From Candidatus Moranbacteria bacterium GW2011_GWE2_35_2- (GTDB lineage: Bacteria; Patescibacteriota; Minisyncoccia; Moranbacterales; UBA9337), in NCBI GenBank assembly GCA_000990585.1, contig LBQD01000002.1, positions 56,016 to 120,015 of the forward strand: DNA of 64,000 nucleotides, written 5' to 3'. Both the position numbers and the translations under genes were made by a program. The notes under the pieces were generated by a model that was not told the origin of the DNA, searched no databases, and worked only from the letters and a program-made list of their open reading frames with translations. Below are positions 29,853 to 39,594 of this stretch, piece after piece; the first letter of the stretch is position 1, and every line of letters starts with the position of its first letter.

Positions 29853-32384
29853 TTAGGATATTTTTTCAAGAACGATATAGCGAATATCACCAGCTTCTTT
29901 TTTATTTTGAAAATAGCGAGTAAGTTTGTATTTTGATTGATTATTTTGAGTGGTATCTTGTAGGGAATTATCTTTTTCTGGCAGTGTTATTTTTAGCGTT
30001 TTTTTGAATTGCAGGATGTCTGTTTTCATATCAAAACGCAAAATGACAGTTTCCCTCCCTAATAGATTTTCTAAGTTTGCTGAATTTTTGGCGTTGCGGG
30101 TCATTTCTTCTTTTTCTTTGGAATCTGTTCCTTCATTGCGATAGGTGTATTTTTTGTTTTCTGTCGTGTCGGCCGTGATTGTTAAAAGAGGTTCGCCTGT
30201 ATTTTGATAATTTAAAATTATTCCATCAGCAATAAATCCAAATTTTTCGATATATTGTGATGTAATTAATTCTTGTGGAATGGCCGCGGCTTTGATATTT
30301 TTCTTTTTGCCTTCTGTTTTAACGGCATTGTCTAGCATTAAATTTCCAAGTTTGAGGTTTTGCAGTCCTGGAGCGACATTAAATGATCCGAAATATAATA
30401 TGTTATCATCAATTTTTTTGAATTTCAAAAAAGCTATTACTTTTCCCTTATAGCGCAAAACGTAGTATTTTTGACCGGCAGAATTTTCCAATTCTTTTTC
30501 TAAGCTGGAAATAATAGCCGAATGCATTTTTTCATTGCGTTGCCAATTCTCGTCAGCCATTTCTAGCATTTCTTTTTTGTCATTTTCATCCAATTCTTCT
30601 CCAAATCCGGAAATATCCAAATCCAAATCGCGGATCATTTCAAAATTGATTCCCTGTCCGGATTCTTGAAGGGATTTTAGCAGGGAAGACAAGATGGTTA
30701 TTTCCGAACGTTTCAGTCGCAGATTATCTATTAGTTCCGCCAATGTGGCTCTATCCGCTCCATTTCCGATGTTTTCTGAAAATCCGGTTATAATTGAACG
30801 GGCTTCTTTGAGAAGTTGTAATTTTATAGATGAACTTATGTCGAAATTCGCATTTTTTAAGAGCGTTTTTCCGATTTCCGCCGATTCCTTTTCTGCTAGA
30901 TCGATTATTTCAGCGACCTTTTCAAAAATCATAACGGCATCCTTTTTGGACATTTTTTCTCCGATATTCAGAATCTTTTTACTATCCTGCAAATCAAATT
31001 CGCAACTCAAAAAAGCTTTCAATCCGTCGAGTTTGTAATTATTCGCAAAAGAATATAATCTTTCCATTTCTCCTGAAAAACTCAGGTCATATGCGGCGGC
31101 GGCCAGCCATTGTTGTTCTCTCCAAGTAAGGTTGTGTATGCCGATGCCTGTTTTGGCGGAAAAATCGCCGGTGATTTTTTGGATAAAATCATAACTCTTG
31201 ATGGTTTGTAATCTTTTCGCGTAGTTCTCGGAGCTTTCTTCTTTTCTTTTTGGATTTTCTTGGGTGATATCCCAAGGGTAAATCCGGTCCAATGTTTCTT
31301 GTTTGTCCAAGATTGTGTACATCGTTACTTTGAAACCGTCTGGTATCTTTTTTTTATCTATTATTTCTTGTCTTTTTTTATTTTTTTCCTCTTCATCCAA
31401 AAGGTGAATGATATATTTTACTTCTTTGTAGTCTTGATTATTGGCTATGATTCCCGCTTTGTTTTTTTCCAATAGGACTACGGTTATGTTTTTTGCAGAT
31501 ATTCCTTTGAGCAGGGGCAATCCCAACGCTTTCTTGCCAATGGCATAGCGAACCCCATCTAAAGAAATATCGTAGCCTATTTCAGACAAGGGAATTTCTC
31601 TTCTTTGGATTTCGCCGCCTTTTTTTGTCGTGGCAAAGTGAAAGTCTGCCAATTTCAGCAATCCGCTGGTCAACAGGTTTTGACATTGGGTCGCAAGGGT
31701 TGTATGTGGATTTTGGTGGAAAGCTTCTTTCCCTTCGCCCAAATTGCCGATGTTTTTTCTTGTCCATTGGGCGGTTAATTTCGTGAAGTCTCCTTTTTCT
31801 TTGTCAAAAACAAGCAGGTTGCCGTCCGCATCCCTTCGTCCTTGATGATTTCGAAATATTTCAGTTGCCAAAGCCATTTCTTTTGTGCCGATTTCATCCC
31901 CATTTTCGGCTTTGATCCGGTATGACCATTTGCCGCCTAAATTTTTTCTGCCAGGCGCGGCGTATTGATCCCAATAGTTCAAATGATATTTTCCGTTCTT
32001 TATGTTATCCAAATCAAAAGCGGCTGCTTTGCTGGCGGGAACATTGAATAGTGGCATCGCTTCCGGCAACGGCTGGTTGTTCTGCCGTGCGTCGTCGTAG
32101 TCTTTTTTGGATATGACGGGCAAATTTCCCAACTGTTCAAAAAATAGTTGATAGACGTTGGAGCAATTGCGTCCATCCAGCGGGATTTCCTTTTCTTCGC
32201 AAATATTTTTTGAAACGGGCAATGTGGTGAATTTTTCCAAATCCAAAACCGGGAATCCCTCATGAAATTCCAATGATCCATTCTCTTGCAAAATTTCCAA
32301 AATTTTTTCGCGCGCTGATTCTTGTTTTTCTGCCCCGCGTTCTTGAGCGGGAATTTTCACACTGGGGAATTCAAAGGGTTTCAT
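29853..32384 (-). CDS. Large hypothetical protein with C-terminal GNAT-like domain
   Basis: 843-aa ORF; YFGSFNVAPGLQNLKLG...YIEKFGF GNAT-like segment; GLKAFLSCE motif. Confidence 0.7.
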   Translation of the reverse strand: MKPFEFPSVKIPAQERGAEKQESAREKILEILQENGSLEFHEGFPVLDLEKFTTLPVSKNICEEKEIPLDGRNCSNVYQLFFEQLGNLPVISKKDYDDARQNNQPLPEAMPLFNVPASKAAAFDLDNIKNGKYHLNYWDQYAAPGRKNLGGKWSYRIKAENGDEIGTKEMALATEIFRNHQGRRDADGNLLVFDKEKGDFTKLTAQWTRKNIGNLGEGKEAFHQNPHTTLATQCQNLLTSGLLKLADFHFATTKKGGEIQRREIPLSEIGYDISLDGVRYAIGKKALGLPLLKGISAKNITVVLLEKNKAGIIANNQDYKEVKYIIHLLDEEEKNKKRQEIIDKKKIPDGFKVTMYTILDKQETLDRIYPWDITQENPKRKEESSENYAKRLQTIKSYDFIQKITGDFSAKTGIGIHNLTWREQQWLAAAAYDLSFSGEMERLYSFANNYKLDGLKAFLSCEFDLQDSKKILNIGEKMSKKDAVMIFEKVAEIIDLAEKESAEIGKTLLKNANFDISSSIKLQLLKEARSIITGFSENIGNGADRATLAELIDNLRLKRSEITILSSLLKSLQESGQGINFEMIRDLDLDISGFGEELDENDKKEMLEMADENWQRNEKMHSAIISSLEKELENSAGQKYYVLRYKGKVIAFLKFKKIDDNILYFGSFNVAPGLQNLKLGNLMLDNAVKTEGKKKNIKAAAIPQELITSQYIEKFGFIADGIILNYQNTGEPLLTITADTTENKKYTYRNEGTDSKEKEEMTRNAKNSANLENLLGRETVILRFDMKTDILQFKKTLKITLPEKDNSLQDTTQNNQSKYKLTRYFQNKKEAGDIRYIVLEKIS

Positions 32385-32438
32385 AGTTTTTTGGCTAGGC
32401 CTTATTTACTGATCTTATTTTATCACGCAAACAAAAAC

Positions 32439-32542
32439 CGGCATAATTTCGCAGGGCAATCAGCGGGAATTGGAATAATGTTCCCAAGAGAGAGATTTGG
32501 AAAATCGTCCGAAATCCCTCCTTGCTCTGCGAAATTGCACCG
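32439..32542. repeat. Long inverted-repeat element (TTTCGCARAGC arms)
   Basis: AATTTCGCAGGGCAA (32445-32459) pairs with TTGCTCTGCGAAATT (32522-32536), 14/15. Confidence 0.6.
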
Positions 32543-32631
32543 ATTTGAACCTTCTAAGAAGTTGCATGAAAATGCAAGCTCTATTGAAGTGGCAAGCGGT
32601 CAGATGACGCGCTTGCCCAAGTCTTTTTGTT

Positions 32632-33270
32632 CTATGCCAAATGCATGGCTCTGGCAAAATTCCAGTAGGCCAAAAAGTCTTTGTCGGCATTGGCATCAGC
32701 GTGCCAATCCGACATTTCCGGGTTGGTGATTTTTTTCTCATCGTACTCTTCAGATGAGAATGTCACATACCACGGATGGAGGTACCGGAACTCCTCCTTT
32801 ATATAGAGGAGTGTTTCCCGACGCTTTTTATTTAGGGGCGTCAGTCTGTGGTACGGAAGTTTTTCCAGGATGTCCTCATACATAGAGGGCATCGGAACTC
32901 CAGTTTCGTGCGCGCCAATAAAAATAGACGCATAGCAATCCAATGTATGAAATGCTATCGACACAAGAAGATCCCTCTTGTAATCAAGATCCCCAATCAT
33001 CTCAATTACAATCTTCCCAGTTACGCAGTCAGTGTCAGCATGACACCACAGCTCGTTGCCACTGAGATCGAGTGTCATTTCTGACCTTAAAACAGCTAAG
33101 GCCTTTTCAACCCCCTTTAGAATTCGCGGAGCGAATTTCCTTGTGGACAGGGACTCTCGTGACGTGACGTATCCCTTGACGCAATCATAACCAATTTGAT
33201 GCAAGAGGATTTCTTGCTCGGAAAGGTTATTTAAAGAGGAGGCTAAACGTTTAATCCTTCTTTTATTCAT
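32632..33270 (-). CDS. Hypothetical protein
   Basis: 212 aa; SD AGGAG; boxA-like motif upstream. Confidence 0.7.
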   Translation of the reverse strand: MNKRRIKRLASSLNNLSEQEILLHQIGYDCVKGYVTSRESLSTRKFAPRILKGVEKALAVLRSEMTLDLSGNELWCHADTDCVTGKIVIEMIGDLDYKRDLLVSIAFHTLDCYASIFIGAHETGVPMPSMYEDILEKLPYHRLTPLNKKRRETLLYIKEEFRYLHPWYVTFSSEEYDEKKITNPEMSDWHADANADKDFLAYWNFARAMHLA

Positions 33271-33437
33271 GATGGTATTCTCCTGGAAGTATGTTGTTTT
33301 TAAGAAACTGAATGGCTACTATGAAATTTCGATATGTGTATCAAAGTTTCAATAATAGGGTGAACTTGTTAAATTACAACAAGTTCACCTTTAAGATATT
33401 TTTTATTTTGACTCAGAAATTTTCAAAAACTGAGTTC

Positions 33438-33947
33438 TTACAGTTCTAGCGTGAACTTCGAGGGGGCCAACTTTTCGTCCTCAAGATATTCATCGAGGAC
33501 AAAAATTGTTGCGCCGTCAGTTTTTTTGATGGCATATAACCCCAGCCAGATTAGTTCAAACACTTCCTGCTGCTGTTCTACTGGAATCACCTCCTTTAGT
33601 TTAGTCCAGAGCTTACTTTCTGGGATTTCAATAAAAGGAACTGTCGGGTCGATTTCTCCGACACCTTTCAGCGCTTTTTCAAAAAGCGACTCAAAGAGCC
33701 AAAGATCATCTTCCTCGAGCGTTGTTTCCGCCACGAGCTGGATATTAATCCTTAACGGATCAAATATCCCAAAACCCAAGTACGTTCCCTTTCTTCCATG
33801 CCAGTCGTTTTTTCTTTGGAAATAAAGTTCCCAAGAAAAATTCTGCTCTGGTTTCTCTTCTGCCCTCACCGTGGAAAAAGCCTTTCTATTAGGGGATGAG
33901 TTGAAGGCGTCGACTGCTTTGGCAAGGGCTTCTTTATAGTTTTTCAT
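33438..33947 (-). CDS. Hypothetical protein
   Basis: ATG at 33947 with SD AAGGAG; hairpin downstream (33359-33389). Confidence 0.7.
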   Translation of the reverse strand: MKNYKEALAKAVDAFNSSPNRKAFSTVRAEEKPEQNFSWELYFQRKNDWHGRKGTYLGFGIFDPLRINIQLVAETTLEEDDLWLFESLFEKALKGVGEIDPTVPFIEIPESKLWTKLKEVIPVEQQQEVFELIWLGLYAIKKTDGATIFVLDEYLEDEKLAPSKFTLEL

Positions 33948-34045
33948 GGACTTTTTCTCCTTTTTGTTTTTTCTTCTACAAAAATACAAATTATTTGTAT
34001 TCTTGATTAAAGGGGAAAGTTTTAAGCTAACTTTTCCCTTGAGTT

Positions 34046-34366
34046 TTACGCGAGGTTTCGAGACTCAGCTGTGATTTTTTTATACCAACCATATCCACCC
34101 CATAGCTCCTTTTCTCCTATTTTTAAGCTTGAGGGTCCATCATAGCCCAGATGGATTTCAGCTTCGAAGTTAGTGCGAGGGGCATCTTCCCCCAGGATTT
34201 TCATCGTTTCTTTTTTAAGGAATGACTCGTATCCTATTCCCGAAGTGTTTACGGGTGGTATCTGTCCAGTGTGCCAGTCCTTACGGAGTTGACGGAGTGT
34301 TCCGTCATAGAGGTATTCGTATTCTCCGTTACTATCGTCATCGTCTACATACAGTATTCTTAGCAT
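34046..34366 (-). CDS. Hypothetical protein
   Basis: SD AAGGAG; hairpin downstream (~34009-34040). Confidence 0.7.
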   Translation of the reverse strand: MLRILYVDDDDSNGEYEYLYDGTLRQLRKDWHTGQIPPVNTSGIGYESFLKKETMKILGEDAPRTNFEAEIHLGYDGPSSLKIGEKELWGGYGWYKKITAESRNLA

Positions 34367-34469
34367 AGGTCACTCCTTTTTAGTAATTGGGTTTTATAAT
34401 GATGAATTTTGATGGAACGTAACTTTTTATTGAAGAGGCAAGAGCGAATTATTTCGCTCTTGCCCGTAG

Positions 34470-34877
34470 CTAGAGGATTTCACCTATGACGTCAACATGC
34501 TCAAACTCATCCTCCCAGACATAGCGACAATCGTCGCATACACAACCCATCTTTTTAAAGACAGATTGTATTTTTTTTAGCAGTTTTTTGCCAACACCGC
34601 TTTCTGCGCCAATAAAGACGCCGGCGTTGACCTCGACTTCTATCTCGTGATATACGCGAGATACAGTCAATCCACTCATCAGCGTACACTCCTCCGGGTT
34701 AGTGCTTATTTTGCAACTAGAGTTGCATATTTTGCAGATAAGCGTGGGGTTATCAAAAATCTGCTCCTCAACACAAATCGGTATGGAGTAGGTGGTTTTT
34801 CCGATTTTGATTCCCACCTTCCTATTCATGGCGTAGTATTGCTTATCGATGACAATAGGGGATGTTGTTTTCTTCAT
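34470..34877 (-). CDS. Hypothetical protein with CxxC pairs (possible Zn binding)
   Basis: CKIC...C and CVCDDC; SD GAGGAG; hairpin downstream (34437-34464). Confidence 0.7.
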   Translation of the reverse strand: MKKTTSPIVIDKQYYAMNRKVGIKIGKTTYSIPICVEEQIFDNPTLICKICNSSCKISTNPEECTLMSGLTVSRVYHEIEVEVNAGVFIGAESGVGKKLLKKIQSVFKKMGCVCDDCRYVWEDEFEHVDVIGEIL

Positions 34878-35022
34878 GGCGTATCTCCTCTTTCTGGTTT
34901 TTTTGAAGGTACTTCTGAAAATTTATATTCCGACAATATAAACTTTATTGAAGGGGCAAGTAGCTATTTAGCCTTTTGCCCGTTTTTTTCACCTCCTTTA
35001 CCAGTTTTTTTGGAGGAATTTT

Positions 35023-35316
35023 TCATCCGTTTGTTTTTTTGGAGAACATTAGTTTACTTGGATTTTCTTCGTCTGATAGAAATAAATATGCATCAACTTT
35101 TATTTGCTGTCTATATTTGTTATTGATTACAGCTGTGTTTGATTCATAATTATATCCACAAAAGTGGATATTGTGTGCTTTTTTCCAATTTATCCACCCA
35201 TCATCATCTAAGATGTATAATTCTCCTTTTTGGTGTTGTTTGTTAAGATTTTTTTTTGAGCCAAAAAAACTCCAAATCAAATTTATTTCTTCACCTATAA
35301 TAAGAACATTTATCAT
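35023..35316 (-). CDS. Hypothetical protein
   Basis: SD GGAGG; promoter TTGACA-17-TATACT (35418-35390). Confidence 0.6.
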   Translation of the reverse strand: MINVLIIGEEINLIWSFFGSKKNLNKQHQKGELYILDDDGWINWKKAHNIHFCGYNYESNTAVINNKYRQQIKVDAYLFLSDEENPSKLMFSKKTNG

Positions 35317-35565
35317 GATATTTCCTCCCTATTTTTTTAATGTGCTTTTTGCCAAGACCTATCTTTTCGCTCTCTCATCTTGACTCCGCAGTATAGCAGA
35401 TATTTTCCAAATTGTCAATAATATGTGGCTAAAAATAGAGCATATTTCACTAAATTCCTATAAAAAGCCAAAAGATTATGTGAAAAATAGGCATAAAATT
35501 GTCATAACAAATTGACAAAATACTTTTTATTTAATATAATAAAGATATAAAATAGAAAAAAAATT

Positions 35566-36327
35566 ATGTTTGAACAGTCATTGATTCAATTAGGTTTGAG
35601 CTATACGCAGGCGGCAGTTTATGAAGCCTTGCTTAAAAGTGGCCCATTGCCGGCTGGAAAGATTGCCAAGAAAACTGAATTTAAAAGAGGATTGATATAT
35701 AAAATATTGGAAGAATTGGGGGAAAGCGGACTAATTGAGAAAAAAGAAGAAGAAAATAAGGTGGCGATTTTTGAGGTAAAACACCCTTTGCAATTGCGTG
35801 ATTTTGCTGAAAAAAAGCAACAAGAGGCGCGGGATGCCAAGTTGGCGTTGGAAGGAGTTTTACCAGCAATTGTTTCCGAATTCAATTTGGTGTCGCAAAA
35901 ACCGGGGATTTTGTTTTTTGAAGGGGAAGAAGGTATCAGAGAAGTGTTGGCAGATTCCCTTAGTAGTCGTAGTGAAATTTATACTTATGCTGATATGGAA
36001 TCAGTGGTTAAATATATGGATAAGATAAATAAAGATTATGTTAAAAAGAGAAATAAGCTGGGATTAAAAAAGAAAGTTGTGATGATTGATAATGAATTTA
36101 CCAGAGAGTATATGAAAAAGTATTATAAAGAGACGACTGATGTTCGATTTATTGATCATGAATTATACCCATTCAGTGCGCTTACAGAAATATATGATGG
36201 AACAATTTCATATGTGACTGCGGAAAAAGAGAATAAGATTGGAGTTATCATTAAGAATGAAAGTATATATAAAATGCAAAAAGCACTTTTTGAGTTCGTC
36301 TGGAATAATGCAAAAAAAATAGATTAA
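35566..36327 (+). CDS. TrmB family transcriptional regulator
   Basis: LGLSYTQAAVYEALL, FFEGEEGI, EIYDGTIS...KALFEFVW. Confidence 0.88.
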   Translation: MFEQSLIQLGLSYTQAAVYEALLKSGPLPAGKIAKKTEFKRGLIYKILEELGESGLIEKKEEENKVAIFEVKHPLQLRDFAEKKQQEARDAKLALEGVLPAIVSEFNLVSQKPGILFFEGEEGIREVLADSLSSRSEIYTYADMESVVKYMDKINKDYVKKRNKLGLKKKVVMIDNEFTREYMKKYYKETTDVRFIDHELYPFSALTEIYDGTISYVTAEKENKIGVIIKNESIYKMQKALFEFVWNNAKKID

Positions 36328-36415
36328 TGTATTTTGAAACATGAAACCGCACAACTTTGTGCGGTTTTGTAAGATTTTAGTGTCCAATCTAACCAAGAGA
36401 AATGTGGTGGGCAGA

Positions 36416-36673
36416 TTACATTGATGGCAGGTTGAGGTTGCCGGATTTCATTTCTTTTTGCATTTTCTTTTGAATGTTGAGCATAGCGGTGTTGATGGAT
36501 TTGAGCATATTTTTTTCCAAATCTTTGGACTCTCTAGCTTGCGGGCTAATTTGAACACTTACGACTTGCATTGCGCCGTTGACGGTGATTTTGATTCCTT
36601 TGTAATCTTCAGAGGAAGTCATCCCTTCCAAAAGCTTTTTCATTTGATACATTTGTTTCATCTTGTCGAACAT
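36416..36673 (-). CDS. YbaB/EbfC family nucleoid-associated protein
   Basis: MFDKMKQMYQMKK...IKITVNGAMQVVSVQIS. Confidence 0.75.
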   Translation of the reverse strand: MFDKMKQMYQMKKLLEGMTSSEDYKGIKITVNGAMQVVSVQISPQARESKDLEKNMLKSINTAMLNIQKKMQKEMKSGNLNLPSM

Positions 36674-36708
36674 ACGGGGTTAATTTTCAATGTTTAATTT
36701 TTAATTTT

Positions 36709-36738
36709 TCCGCCCATGGCGGACCAGCCTTGGGCTGG
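36709..36738 (+). repeat. Double-hairpin element inside an intergenic heptamer tract
   Basis: TCCGCC-CAT-GGCGGA CCAGCC-TTG-GGCTGG. Confidence 0.75.
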
Positions 36739-36939
36739 CAAACAATTTTCAATGAATAAATTTTTGAATGATAAATTAAAATTAAGATTGAAATATGTAT
36801 AATAATTATATTTTTAATAATACATTGACAAGTTTTGATTTGCAAGGGAAAATCTATAGGTACTGTATATTTATTTATTTTAACGAATTCGGCTGAAATT
36901 ATTTGTATATTTGTAGCTGATTTGTAATTTTGTAGAAAT

Positions 36940-37995
36940 ATGAAAATTGGAATTGTGGGGTTGCCGAATGTTGGAAAATCAACCCTTTTCAAAGCATTAA
37001 CCAAAAATCCGGTGGATATTAATAATTATCCGTTTTGTACGATTGAACCGAATATCGGAATTGTGAAGGTTCCGGATGAGCGGCTTTTGAAGTTGTCCGA
37101 AATGTCGCAAACGGAAAAAATTGTGCCGGCAATTGTGGAATTTGTGGATATTGCCGGGATTGTTAAGGGCGCTTCGGAAGGTGAGGGATTGGGGAATAAA
37201 TTTTTGGCGAATATCCGCGAAGTGGATGCGATTGTGCAAGTAGTGCGGGTGTTTGAAAATGGAAATATAACTCACGTGCATAATAAAATTGATCCGGTTG
37301 GTGATATTGAAGTGATTAATGCCGAACTTATTTTGGCCGATCTTGAAACAGTTTCCAAAACAGAAGCGCGAATCGAAAAAGAAGTGCGGGGAAACAAAAA
37401 AGGCGCTGACAAGCAGATGGAAGTTATCCGCAGAATAAAAGCGACGCTGGAAAAAGGCGGTCTTGCCAATGAAGCGGAAGGACTTGAAGAGGCAATGAAG
37501 GAAGAAAATGGAAAAAATATTATTCGCGATATGTCCTTGCTTACAATGAAACCTTTTTTGTATGTGTATAATGTGGCGGATGTTCAGCAAAAATTGTCTG
37601 ATGATCTGGAAAAGCGAAAACATATTAAGTTAGATGTGAAAATTGAGGAAGAATTGATCGAAATGAGCGAGAAGGAAAAAAAAGAGATGGAATTGGTGTC
37701 GCATATCGATGATTTGATAACTGCCGCCTATGATCTTTTGGGATTGCAAACATTCCTGACAACCGGAAAAATTGAAACGCGCGCCTGGACAATCAAAAAA
37801 GGTGCGACTGCTCCTGAAGCCGGCGCGGCAATTCACACAGATTTTCAAGAAAGGTTTATCCGCGCGGATATCATTAATTGGCAAAAACTTTTGGAAATCG
37901 GATCTTGGGGGCGGGCCAAGGAACTCGGCGCGGTCAAAACCGTCGGCAAGGACTACATTATGCAAGACGGAGATGTGGTGGAATTTAAGGTATAA
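36940..37995 (+). CDS. ychF: Redox-regulated ATPase YchF
   Basis: [43 protein letters not shown]. Confidence 0.96.
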   Translation: MKIGIVGLPNVGKSTLFKALTKNPVDINNYPFCTIEPNIGIVKVPDERLLKLSEMSQTEKIVPAIVEFVDIAGIVKGASEGEGLGNKFLANIREVDAIVQVVRVFENGNITHVHNKIDPVGDIEVINAELILADLETVSKTEARIEKEVRGNKKGADKQMEVIRRIKATLEKGGLANEAEGLEEAMKEENGKNIIRDMSLLTMKPFLYVYNVADVQQKLSDDLEKRKHIKLDVKIEEELIEMSEKEKKEMELVSHIDDLITAAYDLLGLQTFLTTGKIETRAWTIKKGATAPEAGAAIHTDFQERFIRADIINWQKLLEIGSWGRAKELGAVKTVGKDYIMQDGDVVEFKV

Positions 37996-38106
37996 ACAAA
38001 CTTTTTCGGAAAACCTAGTGCGTAAGGCTCGATATAGCAGGAATGGCTTGCATGATTCCAAAAAATATGATAAAATGGAATTACTAATTCCATAATCATA
38101 ATAAAT

Positions 38107-39255
38107 ATGTATACTAGAATTTACAAGCCGAATAAAGACTTGAATCAAAGTTTTTTCTTGTTTGGTCCGCGTGGAACGGGAAAAACCACGTGGTTGAAGG
38201 CTAATTTTCCCAAAGCGGTTTATTTGGATTTGCTGGAATCTAAATTAAACAGAATATTGATGGCTTCGCCTGAAAAATTGGAAAATTATATTCCAAGTGG
38301 CTATTTTGGTTGGATTATTATTGACGAAGTGCAAAAAATTCCCGCCCTTTTGAATGAAGTCCATCGTTTGATTGAAAGCAAGAAGTATAAGTTCATATTA
38401 ACCGGATCAAGCGCGCGAAGCTTGCGAAAAAAAGGAGTGGATTTGCTGGCGGGGCGGGCGCTGACATATTATTTTCATCCACTAGTCAGAAAAGAGTTGG
38501 GAGAAAAATTTTCACTTTTGTATTCATTGAAATATGGACAATTGCCGATGGCATATAATTCTTCAAATCCGGAAAAATTCCTGGATTCATATGTGCAGAC
38601 TTATTTGCAAGAAGAAATTTTGCAAGAGGGTTTGACTCGTAATATCGGCAATTTTACCAGATTTTTGGAAATAGCTTCTTTTTCACAAGGACAGGTTTTG
38701 AATATTTCTCAAATTGCCCAGGAAACTCAGTTGGAAAGAAAAACAGTGGAAAATTATTTTGGAATTTTAGAAGATTTGTTGATAGGTTTGCGCCTGCCGG
38801 TTTTTAACAAGCGCGCAAAAAGGAAGTTGATTGCTCACAGTAAATTCTATTTTTTTGACACTGGAGTGTTTCGATCGCTCCGTCCAACCGGTCCGCTTGA
38901 TAGCGAGGCGGAAATTGACGGACCGGCTATTGAAACTCTTTTTTTGCAGGAAATACGGTCACTTAATGATTATTTGGAATTGAATTATGAAATTTTTTAT
39001 TGGCGCTCGATAACAGGAGTGGAAGTTGACTTTGTGTTATATGGCGCGAAGGGCTTGTTGGCTTTTGAAATCAAGCGAAAAGCAAATATCAATAACAATG
39101 ACTTGAAGGGATTGAAAGCTTTCAAGAAAGATTATCCGGAAGCGAGGTGTTTTTTGTTTTGTTCTACGGATAAGCAGGAATATCGCGGAGATGTTACTAT
39201 AATGCCGATTGAAAAAGCCTTGGATGATATGGATAAAATCTTGCAGGGAAAGTAA
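38107..39255 (+). CDS. AAA_14 ATPase with DUF4143 (PD-(D/E)xK-like) C-terminus
   Basis: GPRGTGKT, IDEVQK, LTGSSAR, LAGRA, KFYFFDTG, EVDFV...FEIK. Confidence 0.88.
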   Translation: MYTRIYKPNKDLNQSFFLFGPRGTGKTTWLKANFPKAVYLDLLESKLNRILMASPEKLENYIPSGYFGWIIIDEVQKIPALLNEVHRLIESKKYKFILTGSSARSLRKKGVDLLAGRALTYYFHPLVRKELGEKFSLLYSLKYGQLPMAYNSSNPEKFLDSYVQTYLQEEILQEGLTRNIGNFTRFLEIASFSQGQVLNISQIAQETQLERKTVENYFGILEDLLIGLRLPVFNKRAKRKLIAHSKFYFFDTGVFRSLRPTGPLDSEAEIDGPAIETLFLQEIRSLNDYLELNYEIFYWRSITGVEVDFVLYGAKGLLAFEIKRKANINNNDLKGLKAFKKDYPEARCFLFCSTDKQEYRGDVTIMPIEKALDDMDKILQGK

Positions 39256-39368
39256 GAGCAATTAGAAATCAATGGTGAACTCGCAAAGTTTCTGCGAGTT
39301 CACCCTATTATTGAAACCTTGATTTCCAATGATTTGAAAATCGAAGTTTCATTGTAGGAGTTTTTTTT

Positions 39369-39475
39369 AAAATCAATAAAGTTTCGCAAAGCGGGGAAAG
39401 AGAGGATTTTTTCAGATCTCTCTCCTGAAATATTTTTTCTTTCCGCTAAATGCTTTGCGAAACTTTGTTGATTTT
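39369..39475. repeat. 107-bp element with 24-bp terminal inverted repeats (MITE/REPIN-like)
   Basis: AAAATCAATAAAGTTTCGCAAAGC ... GCTTTGCGAAACTTTGTTGATTTT (23/24), with internal pairing. Confidence 0.65.
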
Positions 39476-39594
39476 TTGTTTTTCTTTTTATTTGTGGTAT
39501 AATTTTAACAATAAGAAAAAATATTTTTTGAAAAAAGTGCATCCTTCTGTTTAATCGTGCGAAGTGAAAAAAAATAAACAAAAATAAAAATCGA

